Shown: positions 16,888 through 25,475 of the stretch, one piece after another | Numbering within the stretch: position 1 is the stretch's first letter | Layout of the letters: each line of letters opens with the position of its first letter | Source: a virus | Lineage: Duplodnaviria; Caudoviricetes | Length of the DNA stretch: 25,477 nucleotides | Strand: one strand, 5' to 3' | Virus record (IMG/VR): IMGVR_UViG_3300044512_000031 | Span: 1 to 25,477 of that record | Translations under genes and position numbers: made by a program | The notes under the pieces: model-generated | Database searches by the model: none | What the model was told of the DNA's origin: nothing | What the model saw: the letters and a program-made list of their open reading frames with translations, nothing else

Positions 16888-17780
16888 TACGCTACTGCTT
16901 CATCTTCAAGGTCAACAAACTCATTCACTAAGTCTGTATCATCAGCAGACATCTTACGCTTGGACTTATCATTCCATGCAGTAGCAATGTACTCATTGTA
17001 ACTATCTACCCACTCCATGAAGTCAGCAAACGTAGACTGATCATCTGATGTCAGGGCAATCGTGTTGTCCATATCAACAGATACTTCAGGAATATAGAAG
17101 CTACTACCATTTGGCAATGGCTTTTCTTCTGTGCCAACAGTAAGCACGTGTGAGATAGGTAGTAACCTCTGCTTATTAAAGGAGTTGTATGTGTCACCTA
17201 GTATCTTAAAGGCATCACGATTATCTATCTCCCATATGAAAGGTGTAGTGCCTACCTTAGTTTCTGCACCTGACTCATCTACAGGATCAACTAGATCGGC
17301 TAAACCAAACACAACACGTGTGCGCTTGATCTGTCTGATCAGATCCTGTTGTGCAGTAGGCAGTGCCTTGAAGTCTTTGATCCAACCACTAGGCTTACCA
17401 CAGTTGAACCCGCCATCGTTGTCTTTGAGATCGACATACAAGGACTCACCCATGACAGTCTTGACAAAGCGATTAGGAATGTTACCTGAACCTTTAATGA
17501 AACGCTTGTACATAAAGCGTTGTAAGAATGTACGTATCTTAATCTGTGGTGCGTACACAGTGCTACTGTCTGGTACTTCTAACTTGAAGTGTCCACCTGA
17601 CACCACCTCCATGTTTACCTTCTTACCTTTCAGTTCAGTCTCACCCATAATAGCTGAATGAGAGATACGTAGTCTAGCTAGATTGCTAGTCTGCTTACTC
17701 TTGTTACCAGCATCTGCTGTGATGCCCATTGCTTTAGCCATTTCGTCATAGTTGTTTGTATCTACAGTTGTTATCGACAT
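16887..17780 (-). CDS. Putative ssDNA-binding/annealing protein (297 aa)
   Basis: Sits between PolA and the exonuclease, has an acidic C-terminal tail (DDTDLVNEFVDLEDEAVA) and RBS GAGGAG. Function is inferred from position and tail. Confidence 0.5.
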   Translation of the reverse strand: MSITTVDTNNYDEMAKAMGITADAGNKSKQTSNLARLRISHSAIMGETELKGKKVNMEVVSGGHFKLEVPDSSTVYAPQIKIRTFLQRFMYKRFIKGSGNIPNRFVKTVMGESLYVDLKDNDGGFNCGKPSGWIKDFKALPTAQQDLIRQIKRTRVVFGLADLVDPVDESGAETKVGTTPFIWEIDNRDAFKILGDTYNSFNKQRLLPISHVLTVGTEEKPLPNGSSFYIPEVSVDMDNTIALTSDDQSTFADFMEWVDSYNEYIATAWNDKSKRKMSADDTDLVNEFVDLEDEAVA

Positions 17781-17817
17781 GTGTTATTCTCCTCACATAG
17801 TTTTTCAAAAGAGCATA

Positions 17818-17846
17818 GTTATACTACGCAACGTCCTTAATGTCAA
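17818..17846 (-). promoter_or_regulatory. sigma70-type promoter
   Basis: On the - strand: TTGACA (17846-17841), 17-nt spacer TTAAGGACGTTGCGTAG, TATAAC (17823-17818), just upstream of the RBS of ORF 17780. Confidence 0.75.
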
Positions 17847-19866
17847 GCCAATTATTACCTATTTTAGATTCTAATAATAAAGGTACATTAATATCAACAC
17901 CTAGATGTTGTTTAATACATGTATCTAAATTAGTATTACAATCTTCAATAGCTGTTAAGACCTGTTCTTCTTCTTCTGGATGTACATCAATAACAATACT
18001 ATCATGTACTGTATTGACAACACAGGACTTTTTACCTTTCAATAAAGTCTCTATCCATAGTAATGCTACAGGTACAATATCTGCTGTAGCAAATGATTGC
18101 ACAGGATAGTTCTTGATCTGTGTAAAGTAACTGATCCTACCACGTGCATTTCTTTGTACATCAGGAAAAGAAAACTCCCTACCTGATGGTGTTGTAATCT
18201 TGCCTGTGTTAAGTGCTTCTTTGGCAAGAGTGTCATGCCAGTTAGCAATACCCTTGTACTTCTCATTGAAGTGGGTGTAGTAGGTAGCTTCTGCTTTAGA
18301 TCTACCATATCCACTAGCCCCATATAGAGGAGCAAAGGTATGTGCTTTGGCATCTTGTCTGGACATAACCTGCCCAGCATCTGTGATGATCTTGGCTGTG
18401 TAGGAATGCACATCAAAACCATCTGTTACTTCCCTGATAGCTACAGGATCTTGAGATAGGTACGCAGCTACACGAAACTCTAGCTGTGCAAAGTCAGCTT
18501 CAAGTATCTTGCCTCCATTGAACCTCGATACGAATACACGCTTGACAGGGAACGTACCTCCACGTGGCATGTTCTGCATGTTAGGCTCTTTCCCACTAAG
18601 CCTACCAGTAGATGTCATGTGTTGGTTCAGTCTTACGTGTAACTTACCATCGGCTTTCACATTGTTAGCTATCCCACCAACGAATGAGGATAGGTAAGTA
18701 TCCAATGCAGATAGCCTTTGTACCTTCTCAAGAAACTCTAGTGCCTCAGTCATGCCTTTAGTTCTCGCTGAGTTTGCCAGTAGCTCTAGATTCTTTCTGT
18801 TAGTAGAGAACCCATTAGCTGTAGCCCACTTAGCATTGGGAGCATTAAACTTTAAACCACCAACAATACTAGTAGGAATAACATGATACCCATTGCCATC
18901 GCACGAGTTACACTTTGACAGTTTGGCGTATGGTGTTCCATCCTTTTTCTCCTTTCTTATTTTACCTGACCCATAGCAATCGGCACACCGCTTTACATGT
19001 GACTTGTACACTATATCAGTTTCTTCCCTGACCAGTTGTTTGAAAGCAGTCTGCCCCATATACGGATCGAACTTATTTATCCAGACTGTTTTATCTACAG
19101 GCTTACGACTATATATCAGAGTGGATAGTTGCTCTGGACTGCTTAAGTTTAATGGTACATCTCCCATTAATTCCCTTACTTTAGTTTCTAAGTATGATAG
19201 TACCTCCTTTCTTTCTTCTTCAAATGCAATACGTACACCTTCCAGTGCAGTAATGTCTACGTTAAAACCTCTCGTGTAGATCTTAGCTAATGCAATAACC
19301 ATCTCATTAGTTAGCTGCACTACATTGTGCATACCACTAGCATCTGTACCTACTAGCTTGATACGCAATTCATGTGCCAGTTGTTGTGTTGCATGTAGGT
19401 CAGCACTTAGATACTCAGCTAACTCAGCATGTGGTACGTCACGTACTGATACACCCTGCTTGAGATAAGCCTTGAGTGTGTCCTGCTTCTTAGTGTCCAG
19501 ATCGTAGCGTTGTGCACATGCTTCCAATGACAGAGGTTGCTTGACACCACGTAGTATCAGGTACTCCATCATCATTGTGTCAAACACTGATCCATTGTAG
19601 GTAAAGCCTGACTCCCATAACCACACTAAGTCATGGCCTATGTTGTGACCAATCAGTACAGTAGCCTGATCTAACTTGCTCTGTACAATAGCATGACCAT
19701 TAGGAGTAGCCTCTACTTCACTGTGATCAAACGTAACGATGTCTTCATTGCCATGATCATCTAGCATACCCACCATAACTAATGTGTTCTCTGGCTCGAA
19801 AGGATCTAGCTGTAGCTTACCTTCACGTTTGATTACTGTGTTTTCTACATCAAGAGTCAGTTTCAC
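17824..19866 (-). CDS. polA: Family A DNA polymerase with 3'-5' exonuclease and DnaJ-type zinc-finger insertion
   Basis: Exonuclease motifs LDVE, GHNIGHD, FDTM, YLSAD. Polymerase motifs TGRLS, NMQN, ADFAQLEFR, RQDAKAHTFAPLYG, NYPVQS, VHDS. Insertion CADCYGSG...CNSCDGNG. GTG start. Confidence 0.95.
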   Translation of the reverse strand: MKLTLDVENTVIKREGKLQLDPFEPENTLVMVGMLDDHGNEDIVTFDHSEVEATPNGHAIVQSKLDQATVLIGHNIGHDLVWLWESGFTYNGSVFDTMMMEYLILRGVKQPLSLEACAQRYDLDTKKQDTLKAYLKQGVSVRDVPHAELAEYLSADLHATQQLAHELRIKLVGTDASGMHNVVQLTNEMVIALAKIYTRGFNVDITALEGVRIAFEEERKEVLSYLETKVRELMGDVPLNLSSPEQLSTLIYSRKPVDKTVWINKFDPYMGQTAFKQLVREETDIVYKSHVKRCADCYGSGKIRKEKKDGTPYAKLSKCNSCDGNGYHVIPTSIVGGLKFNAPNAKWATANGFSTNRKNLELLANSARTKGMTEALEFLEKVQRLSALDTYLSSFVGGIANNVKADGKLHVRLNQHMTSTGRLSGKEPNMQNMPRGGTFPVKRVFVSRFNGGKILEADFAQLEFRVAAYLSQDPVAIREVTDGFDVHSYTAKIITDAGQVMSRQDAKAHTFAPLYGASGYGRSKAEATYYTHFNEKYKGIANWHDTLAKEALNTGKITTPSGREFSFPDVQRNARGRISYFTQIKNYPVQSFATADIVPVALLWIETLLKGKKSCVVNTVHDSIVIDVHPEEEEQVLTAIEDCNTNLDTCIKQHLGVDINVPLLLESKIGNNWLDIKDVA

Positions 19867-20536
19867 TTTTCTCTCCTTTAGGAATTTCTACAAAGTTAAA
19901 GTTAGAACTAAACGATCTGCGCTCACCTTTAGTATAGAAAGGATACACACAATGGAACAACTCACTAGGAAATACATAGAAGTCTCCCACTTGTGGTCTT
20001 ACCATAAAGTTTGTAGCACTGTAGCTACCTGCACTACCAGATATAAACTGTATGTGACCATGAGAAGGATGATGATCTTTGTAGTCCTCTTCCCATTCTT
20101 TCTCGATACCTTCAGGTAGTTTAAGATACCCAACACAGGACATACGACATCCTGTATGTAGATGTACTGGATTGTACTCAGTCTCAAACTGCCTGACTAA
20201 CCAGCCAGATACAAACTGCATACTGTACTCAAAGTTATCTGTATTCAATCTGTTTCTACCATATGAGTTTCTTATAGTAGCTGTCTGGTTATACCTACCT
20301 ATAAAGTCTTTGACTTCATTCAAGAACAAGTCTCTCATTGCTTCATTGAAGTGTAGCTCCTGACCTACCTTACCTACCAGATTATCTGAGTAGTCCTGTA
20401 GATCAGGCTCTTCTTCATAGAAACTATTCATGTTCTTTACAAACTCAGGACTTAGTTTCTTGTAGCCCATGACAGGACCAAATGGAAAGAAGATCTGCTC
20501 ATCTGCATCCTTCTTAGGTGTGAATATATTAACCAT
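19850..20536 (-). CDS. Putative 2OG-Fe(II) oxygenase (TIGR02466-like double-stranded beta-helix)
   Basis: EYNPVHLH...SCVGYL...GHIQF...PQVGDFYVFPSELFHCVYPF...ERRSFSSN. RBS AGGAGG. Confidence 0.75.
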   Translation of the reverse strand: MVNIFTPKKDADEQIFFPFGPVMGYKKLSPEFVKNMNSFYEEEPDLQDYSDNLVGKVGQELHFNEAMRDLFLNEVKDFIGRYNQTATIRNSYGRNRLNTDNFEYSMQFVSGWLVRQFETEYNPVHLHTGCRMSCVGYLKLPEGIEKEWEEDYKDHHPSHGHIQFISGSAGSYSATNFMVRPQVGDFYVFPSELFHCVYPFYTKGERRSFSSNFNFVEIPKGEKSETDS

Positions 20537-20547
20537 GTTTAACCTCC

Positions 20548-21771
20548 TTATGCTGAAAACAATGCTGTCTTATAATCAAACTCACAAGTTACCATACCAT
20601 GCCAACCTGTCAACTTGTTTTTTGCAATGTTAATATGTCTCTGTGTGTCTTCCTCAGTCTGGTTCTCTGTTGGTGGGTTCCTTGCAATCAGGAGCATGAG
20701 GTCAGCTTCAGCTGCCTTGCCTGTCTTAGAACCTTCCATCATAGATTGATTGAGTACTACTCTACCTTCAGCTTCAGCAGATAACTGTGACATATAGAAC
20801 ACAGCACACTCCTGTTGCTTTGCTATCTGTCTAGCGTACATGACATTTTGTTTGAGTGTCTCATGTATACTGGCAGAGTTAGCTGTGGATGTAAACTTGT
20901 CACCCATATCTAGCATGATGATGTCAGGCTTGTAGTATTTACATACTGACTCTACCCATGCCATGTCTTTCTCTGTACTGTCCTTGAACTTCAGGTGACG
21001 AGACTTAGATCTATACGTAGCTAGATGCCTAGCCTTATCCTTACGTATGCCTACTGAGTCTGTGCCTACTGCACATGTCAGATACCTGTGACCTACACGA
21101 GTGGGTGTTTCCTCATTACAGAGCACAATAACTTTAGCACCCTGATCTGCGAAACCATCTGGCCCCATAACCAAGCTGGCATGGAAGCTAGTCTTACCTG
21201 TGTTAGACCTAGCACCTATCTCAATAAGCTGACCTGCATTCACGCCCGGAACCTTACGTGCAAGGCTAGGTATGTTGAAGGTCCACTTGCTTTGTAAGTC
21301 ACCCTCGTCTAGTATCCTGTCCATGTTCATGTCTTCCCACTGTACCTGTAACTTAGGTATGAAGTCATCACCATGCACCTCAAGCAGATTACGTAGTGGC
21401 TGTAGACTTTTGAGTGATCCATTAACAAAGTCGAAACCTAAGTTGGCAACCTCTTCACCAATCACCTGCTGAAATAACTTAGATAGTACCTCTTGTGCTA
21501 TGTCCTTACCCATAGGCTGTTGTGTTTTAATCTGACCAAACAAAGCAGAGTACTGTTGCTTCTGTGCTGTAGTCAGTGTTGGATTATCCGATAAAAAAAG
21601 TGCCTCAACTTCATCTGGTGAGACACTGCGATCATAGTCATCCATTGCTTTATCTATTACACGTTTAACTTTCTGTATGTCCTTGCTGAATAGTTTCATA
21701 GGGCAACGTGAACCCCTGTGTTCCTCGTAAAATTGTTTCTCCATAAGGCTTCGTATAAGTGAAAGTTCCAT
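20548..21771 (-). CDS. DnaB-like SF4 replicative helicase
   Basis: Walker A GARSNTGKTS, LCNEE, IIMLD, SQLS, AEADL, IAKNKLTG. Confidence 0.92.
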   Translation of the reverse strand: MELSLIRSLMEKQFYEEHRGSRCPMKLFSKDIQKVKRVIDKAMDDYDRSVSPDEVEALFLSDNPTLTTAQKQQYSALFGQIKTQQPMGKDIAQEVLSKLFQQVIGEEVANLGFDFVNGSLKSLQPLRNLLEVHGDDFIPKLQVQWEDMNMDRILDEGDLQSKWTFNIPSLARKVPGVNAGQLIEIGARSNTGKTSFHASLVMGPDGFADQGAKVIVLCNEETPTRVGHRYLTCAVGTDSVGIRKDKARHLATYRSKSRHLKFKDSTEKDMAWVESVCKYYKPDIIMLDMGDKFTSTANSASIHETLKQNVMYARQIAKQQECAVFYMSQLSAEAEGRVVLNQSMMEGSKTGKAAEADLMLLIARNPPTENQTEEDTQRHINIAKNKLTGWHGMVTCEFDYKTALFSA

Positions 21772-21782
21772 AGCTCATCCTT

Positions 21783-22541
21783 TCATAGTTCATTAAGAGC
21801 GTCCATATCTTTCTTGTGTCTATACTTTATATCGTCCTGTAGACGTAGGACTTTTACATTATCAACTACACTTCTTAACTCCTTTGCTATTGTTAATGTT
21901 TTCTTTGATGCATCAGGATCTAATGCTACTACTGCTGTAGAGAACTGCGCTAGGTATTGCCTCTGTTCATTGGACATGGAGGTTCCCATTAAAGCTACCC
22001 CTGTATGTCGATCTCCTCCAACAACTGCTGCACTAACGCAATCCTCTACAACAACAGCTACCTTACCACAACCATGTACATAAGGCAACCCACTATTTCC
22101 ATATCGCTTCCACTTAGGTATTCGCTTACCCAATGCCCTACCTGTAGCGTCAACTGTAATACTATTGTGTACTACAGGAAACACAACACGATGCTCACGT
22201 ATGTCATACATCAGACCATGCTTTCCTACATCAAGACCCCACTCACTTGCATACTCATAGACTGGGGCATCAGTAGGTACAGGCACTGGCACTACATACA
22301 TAGGCATGTCAAAGCTAGTGTCCTTTACCTTTACTATCTTGTTTAGCTTGTCCTGTATAGCAGTGGCAGACATGCTCACCCTGTTAGCACCACTGCTATT
22401 GCATCCTGCCTTGTAACAGTTCCACATTAGCTGTCCATTGTTGTTGGTTACTGTGAATGTCTTGCGTCCTTTGCATTCAGGACAATCCATCCTGACTGTT
22501 TCAGACTCTTGTATGTCTAGGTTTTGGATGAAGTTGTACAT
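21783..22541 (-). CDS. DNA primase (zinc-binding domain plus TOPRIM)
   Basis: CPEC...CYKAGC, RVVFP, GRAL, KWKRY, VVVED, ALDPD. Confidence 0.88.
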   Translation of the reverse strand: MYNFIQNLDIQESETVRMDCPECKGRKTFTVTNNNGQLMWNCYKAGCNSSGANRVSMSATAIQDKLNKIVKVKDTSFDMPMYVVPVPVPTDAPVYEYASEWGLDVGKHGLMYDIREHRVVFPVVHNSITVDATGRALGKRIPKWKRYGNSGLPYVHGCGKVAVVVEDCVSAAVVGGDRHTGVALMGTSMSNEQRQYLAQFSTAVVALDPDASKKTLTIAKELRSVVDNVKVLRLQDDIKYRHKKDMDALNEL

Positions 22542-22957
22542 TTCTGATGCTCCTGTAAATATTTTATTGCTCTTTTAAAGGTATCAATATCATTGTTAAA
22601 ATTACCTAAGTCTCTATTACATTTTCCACAAAGCCAACCTCTAAACGTACCAGTGTCGTGACAGTGATCTAACACCCATGATTTTTTACTAGCACCTTCG
22701 GCTGCCTCTTCTTTATTACGCAAACATATAGGACATACGTAGTCATCATCAGGCATACCGTAAATACTACGTAACTTCTCTACCTCCTTCTGAAGTTTGG
22801 ATGTGCATTTTTTACATTCATTTCTAACTTTGTATAACTTATCTGGTGAAGAGGGAAAAAAGGACACAGGTAAGTATTCTTTACACTTGGTGCATGTTTT
22901 TCCTTTATCTCCCTCTAGTTTAATTAGATAACTAGGAGTGAATAAATCTCCTTGCAT
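22517..22957 (-). CDS. Endonuclease VII-family (His-Me finger) nuclease, probable homing endonuclease
   Basis: CPIC...VLDHCHDTGTFRGWLCGKCNRDLG, with N-terminal CTKC...CKKC. Confidence 0.85.
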   Translation of the reverse strand: MQGDLFTPSYLIKLEGDKGKTCTKCKEYLPVSFFPSSPDKLYKVRNECKKCTSKLQKEVEKLRSIYGMPDDDYVCPICLRNKEEAAEGASKKSWVLDHCHDTGTFRGWLCGKCNRDLGNFNNDIDTFKRAIKYLQEHQKCTTSSKT

Positions 22958-22958
22958 G

Positions 22959-23531
22959 TTACCCCACTTTCTTTTCTAGTTCATAATAAAAATCTGCAAC
23001 TTGGTATAGCTCCTTAAGTGTGGCTGAACTTTTCATGGCATTAGCTTTAAAAGAAACAACCACCACGTTATCTTTATGATAACCTTTGTTATTATCTATT
23101 CTATCTATAGACATACTAAATTCATTTAGACCTTTACCAAATGAAAATTTAGTTCCAAACACAGGACATTTTAAATCTTTTGGTATCAATTCCAGTAGTT
23201 CTTCAGTTGTTAAACTGCAATTTTTTTCTATCTTTTTACCTCTTGCTTGGCATCCAAGTATTCTTTTATTTAAAAATGAGTAGGTTAAATCAGAGTGTTT
23301 TTTAATGTTACGTATCTTTTCCAGCCGTCTGGCATTTACTTCTTCTCCATGTTCTGCGTAGTATTGTTTCCTGTATTCTAATAACCTTTCTCTGTTTTTC
23401 TCATAGTGCTTTTTAGTATGCAACATTACTTTTTCTTTGTTGTTTTTCTTGTATTCTTTACCGTATGCTAATATACGCTCTCTATTTTTAGCATAATATT
23501 TTTTATGATATTCTACTCTATCAAATGACAT
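22959..23531 (-). CDS. HNH-type endonuclease, probable homing endonuclease
   Basis: CPVFG...SIDRIDNNKGYHKDNVVVVSFKANAMK, with N-terminal basic helical repeats YxxNRERxLxY. Confidence 0.75.
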   Translation of the reverse strand: MSFDRVEYHKKYYAKNRERILAYGKEYKKNNKEKVMLHTKKHYEKNRERLLEYRKQYYAEHGEEVNARRLEKIRNIKKHSDLTYSFLNKRILGCQARGKKIEKNCSLTTEELLELIPKDLKCPVFGTKFSFGKGLNEFSMSIDRIDNNKGYHKDNVVVVSFKANAMKSSATLKELYQVADFYYELEKKVG

Positions 23532-23532
23532 A

Positions 23533-24414
23533 TCATTCCCCCTTAAACTGTTGTCGTGCAGTCAATGCACTGTTAGCACTAAGATAAGTATTCTTTATGT
23601 AAGGCTTCACCGACTGTGGATTAGCATGACCTGTCACTGACATGATCTGTGGCAATGGCACACCTGCCTCTACCATTTCAGTTGTACCAGTTCTTCGCAG
23701 ATCCATCAAGCGTAATTCATCTGGTAGTTTAGCCTGTCTCATAATTGTTCTACCTATCTTGGACAATCGTTCCATTGAGAATGGTTTGTACTCACCACCT
23801 TTAGGTGAAGGCATAGGTGCTACATATTTCTGGAAGTCAAAGTCCTGACGTTGTTCTGTAAGCATATCAAGTAACGCATCTGAAATGGGTAGCTGTACCT
23901 CTGCACCACGCTTAGACTGTAGCAGTCTTAGTCTACGTGTATTGAAGTCAATACTATCCCATGTCAGCATACGCATGTCACCTACACGTTGACACCACTC
24001 ATAGGCCATCTGCACTATCAGTCCTACGTTACGATACACAAAGTCACCATAAGCTACGTCAAGAAACTGACGCACCTGATCCTGTGTCCATACTGTGTTA
24101 CGTGCAGTAGGTGATAGCTTCCTTACTAGCGTGAATGGATTATTCTTAACATACTCCATGTCCTGACCATGCCTGTACACAATGCCAGCTACTGCTGCCA
24201 CATGATTAGCTAGGTGTATGCCTCGTATAACCCATTCTTCATACGCCATCCTTGCGTCCTTACCTGATACAACAGATGCAGTTGTTTCACCTAACGTGTC
24301 TGTCAATATCTTTAAGAACCTAGTGTAGTCTAACTTTGTTTGATCACGTAAGCGATTAAACTCAGATGACTGTAAGTATAGCTTGACCAACTTCTTTAGT
24401 GGTATCGCTCTCAT
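23533..24414 (-). CDS. int: Tyrosine recombinase/integrase
   Basis: CQRVGD (Arg I), QSKRG (Lys), MDLRRTG (Arg II), VTGH, VKPY (Tyr nucleophile). RBS AGGAGG. Confidence 0.9.
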   Translation of the reverse strand: MRAIPLKKLVKLYLQSSEFNRLRDQTKLDYTRFLKILTDTLGETTASVVSGKDARMAYEEWVIRGIHLANHVAAVAGIVYRHGQDMEYVKNNPFTLVRKLSPTARNTVWTQDQVRQFLDVAYGDFVYRNVGLIVQMAYEWCQRVGDMRMLTWDSIDFNTRRLRLLQSKRGAEVQLPISDALLDMLTEQRQDFDFQKYVAPMPSPKGGEYKPFSMERLSKIGRTIMRQAKLPDELRLMDLRRTGTTEMVEAGVPLPQIMSVTGHANPQSVKPYIKNTYLSANSALTARQQFKGE

Positions 24415-24429
24415 TGTTATTCCTCCTGT

Positions 24430-24531
24430 TTATAATAAAACTTCTGCTACGTATGTACTTAATAACATAAGTATTATTATAGTTAGTGATATAATAAGTT
24501 TAACTTTAGTATTGTTTGGATCTAGAGTCAT
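24430..24531 (-). CDS. 33-aa single-helix membrane peptide, missing from the ORF track
   Basis: Hand translation: MTLDPNNTKVKLIISLTIIILMLLSTYVAEVLL*. ATGA overlap with the upstream stop; ends just before the integrase RBS. Confidence 0.6.
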   Translation of the reverse strand: MTLDPNNTKVKLIISLTIIILMLLSTYVAEVLL

Positions 24532-24800
24532 AGTATATATATCTTAGCTAGACTACTAGTCAATGTGGCTAAAGCAAATGTGTTGATAAAGATCAACGCC
24601 CTATCATTCCATAGCATACCTACCCACAACCAACCTGCAATGCCTATTGCATGAAAGATTAGATTGACAGGAAAGATATTGTTAGCAGTCAGCACCATGC
24701 CTATCATAAGCAGTATACTGGCTACCCATTTTATGTACCAGTCAAATGTATACAGTGGGGTTTTAGTTATTGTTCTTGTTCCTTCATGGTCATCTAACAT
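24528..24800 (-). CDS. Small multi-pass membrane protein (DUF6552-like)
   Basis: WYIKWVASILLMIG...NIFPVNL...GIAGWLWVGMLWNDRALIFIN; three hydrophobic segments. Confidence 0.65.
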   Translation of the reverse strand: MLDDHEGTRTITKTPLYTFDWYIKWVASILLMIGMVLTANNIFPVNLIFHAIGIAGWLWVGMLWNDRALIFINTFALATLTSSLAKIYIL

Positions 24801-24815
24801 AATGTATATCCTTTA

Positions 24816-25022
24816 TTAAGTAAAGTTTCCACTGACTCTATTCCATTCAACAGACTTAGGTGTACGTTGTGCATGTCGCACTACTTTCATAAGCGTAGTT
24901 ATAGGTATATTGTGCATGGAAGCAACCACTGATGCGTGTTTCTCACCATAATCAGGATCGTGATGTGCTGCATTCCATACCATTTCAAAGATACTATTAC
25001 TGTACGCCTTATCCTCTACCAT
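24816..25022 (-). CDS. Hypothetical protein (68 aa)
   Basis: Co-oriented and tightly packed, overlapping the upstream ORF end. Confidence 0.6.
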   Translation of the reverse strand: MVEDKAYSNSIFEMVWNAAHHDPDYGEKHASVVASMHNIPITTLMKVVRHAQRTPKSVEWNRVSGNFT

Positions 25023-25354
25023 GTCTTCTTCTTTTTCTTCAGTGTACTACCATCACCATTAGCCATAATCTCACCTGTACCACCATTGTCTACACCACAC
25101 AGCAAGGTAGGGTTCTGTGTACGTATGATACTGGCAGTCCATTCACCTGTATTACTATTGAAGTGTATCAGTGTGACATGTCCTCTTGTAGATATACCTC
25201 TGAATACTAACTCTTCACCATGCACATTTTCTAAATAACTTATAGCTTTATCCCTGTCTCTACATGGTGCAGGATTCTGTGCATATGCAGTGAGTGGTAG
25301 CACTACCATTAGCACTACTACATATAGTATGTTCTTAAGTTTTCTAGTGGACAT
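25016..25354 (-). CDS. Putative exported/periplasmic protein (112 aa)
   Basis: Signal peptide with basic N terminus, hydrophobic core and AYA cleavage motif. Two Cys residues. RBS AAGGAG. Confidence 0.7.
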   Translation of the reverse strand: MSTRKLKNILYVVVLMVVLPLTAYAQNPAPCRDRDKAISYLENVHGEELVFRGISTRGHVTLIHFNSNTGEWTASIIRTQNPTLLCGVDNGGTGEIMANGDGSTLKKKKKTW

Positions 25355-25475
25355 ATTGTATCTCCTTTATAAATTCTAATTCCACTTTTGAGTGTGGATA
25401 ATCTTCACGTGCATGATCAAGTGCATAGTGCACTAACTTAGGTATGGTGTTTAGTTCTAATGTCTCCACCATATT
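25344..25475 (-). CDS. Hypothetical protein, probably 5'-truncated by the window edge
   Basis: Open frame ...MVETLELNTIPKLVHYALDHAREDYPHSKVELEFIKEIQYVH*, overlapping the start of the next ORF. Confidence 0.55.
   Translation of the reverse strand, partial: NMVETLELNTIPKLVHYALDHAREDYPHSKVELEFIKEIQYVH

Noticed and set aside
12439-19866. Inteins or introns in RNR or PolA
   Set aside because: Both ORFs are uninterrupted and of normal length, with no intein splice motifs seen.
24460-24487. dif-like site on the - strand (ACTAACTATAA TAATAC TTATGTTATTA) upstream of the tyrosine recombinase
   Set aside because: Only the inner ATAA-N6-TTATGTTA matches, and the outer XerD-arm bases deviate. The sequence is explained by Ile/Leu/Met codons of the 33-aa membrane ORF. 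Not fully excluded as an att core.
11839-25238. Plus-strand ORFs in the replication block (e.g. 17131-17661) and nested same-strand ORFs 18066-18422 and 19999-20187
   Set aside because: They overlap well-supported genes and have no coding signatures of their own.
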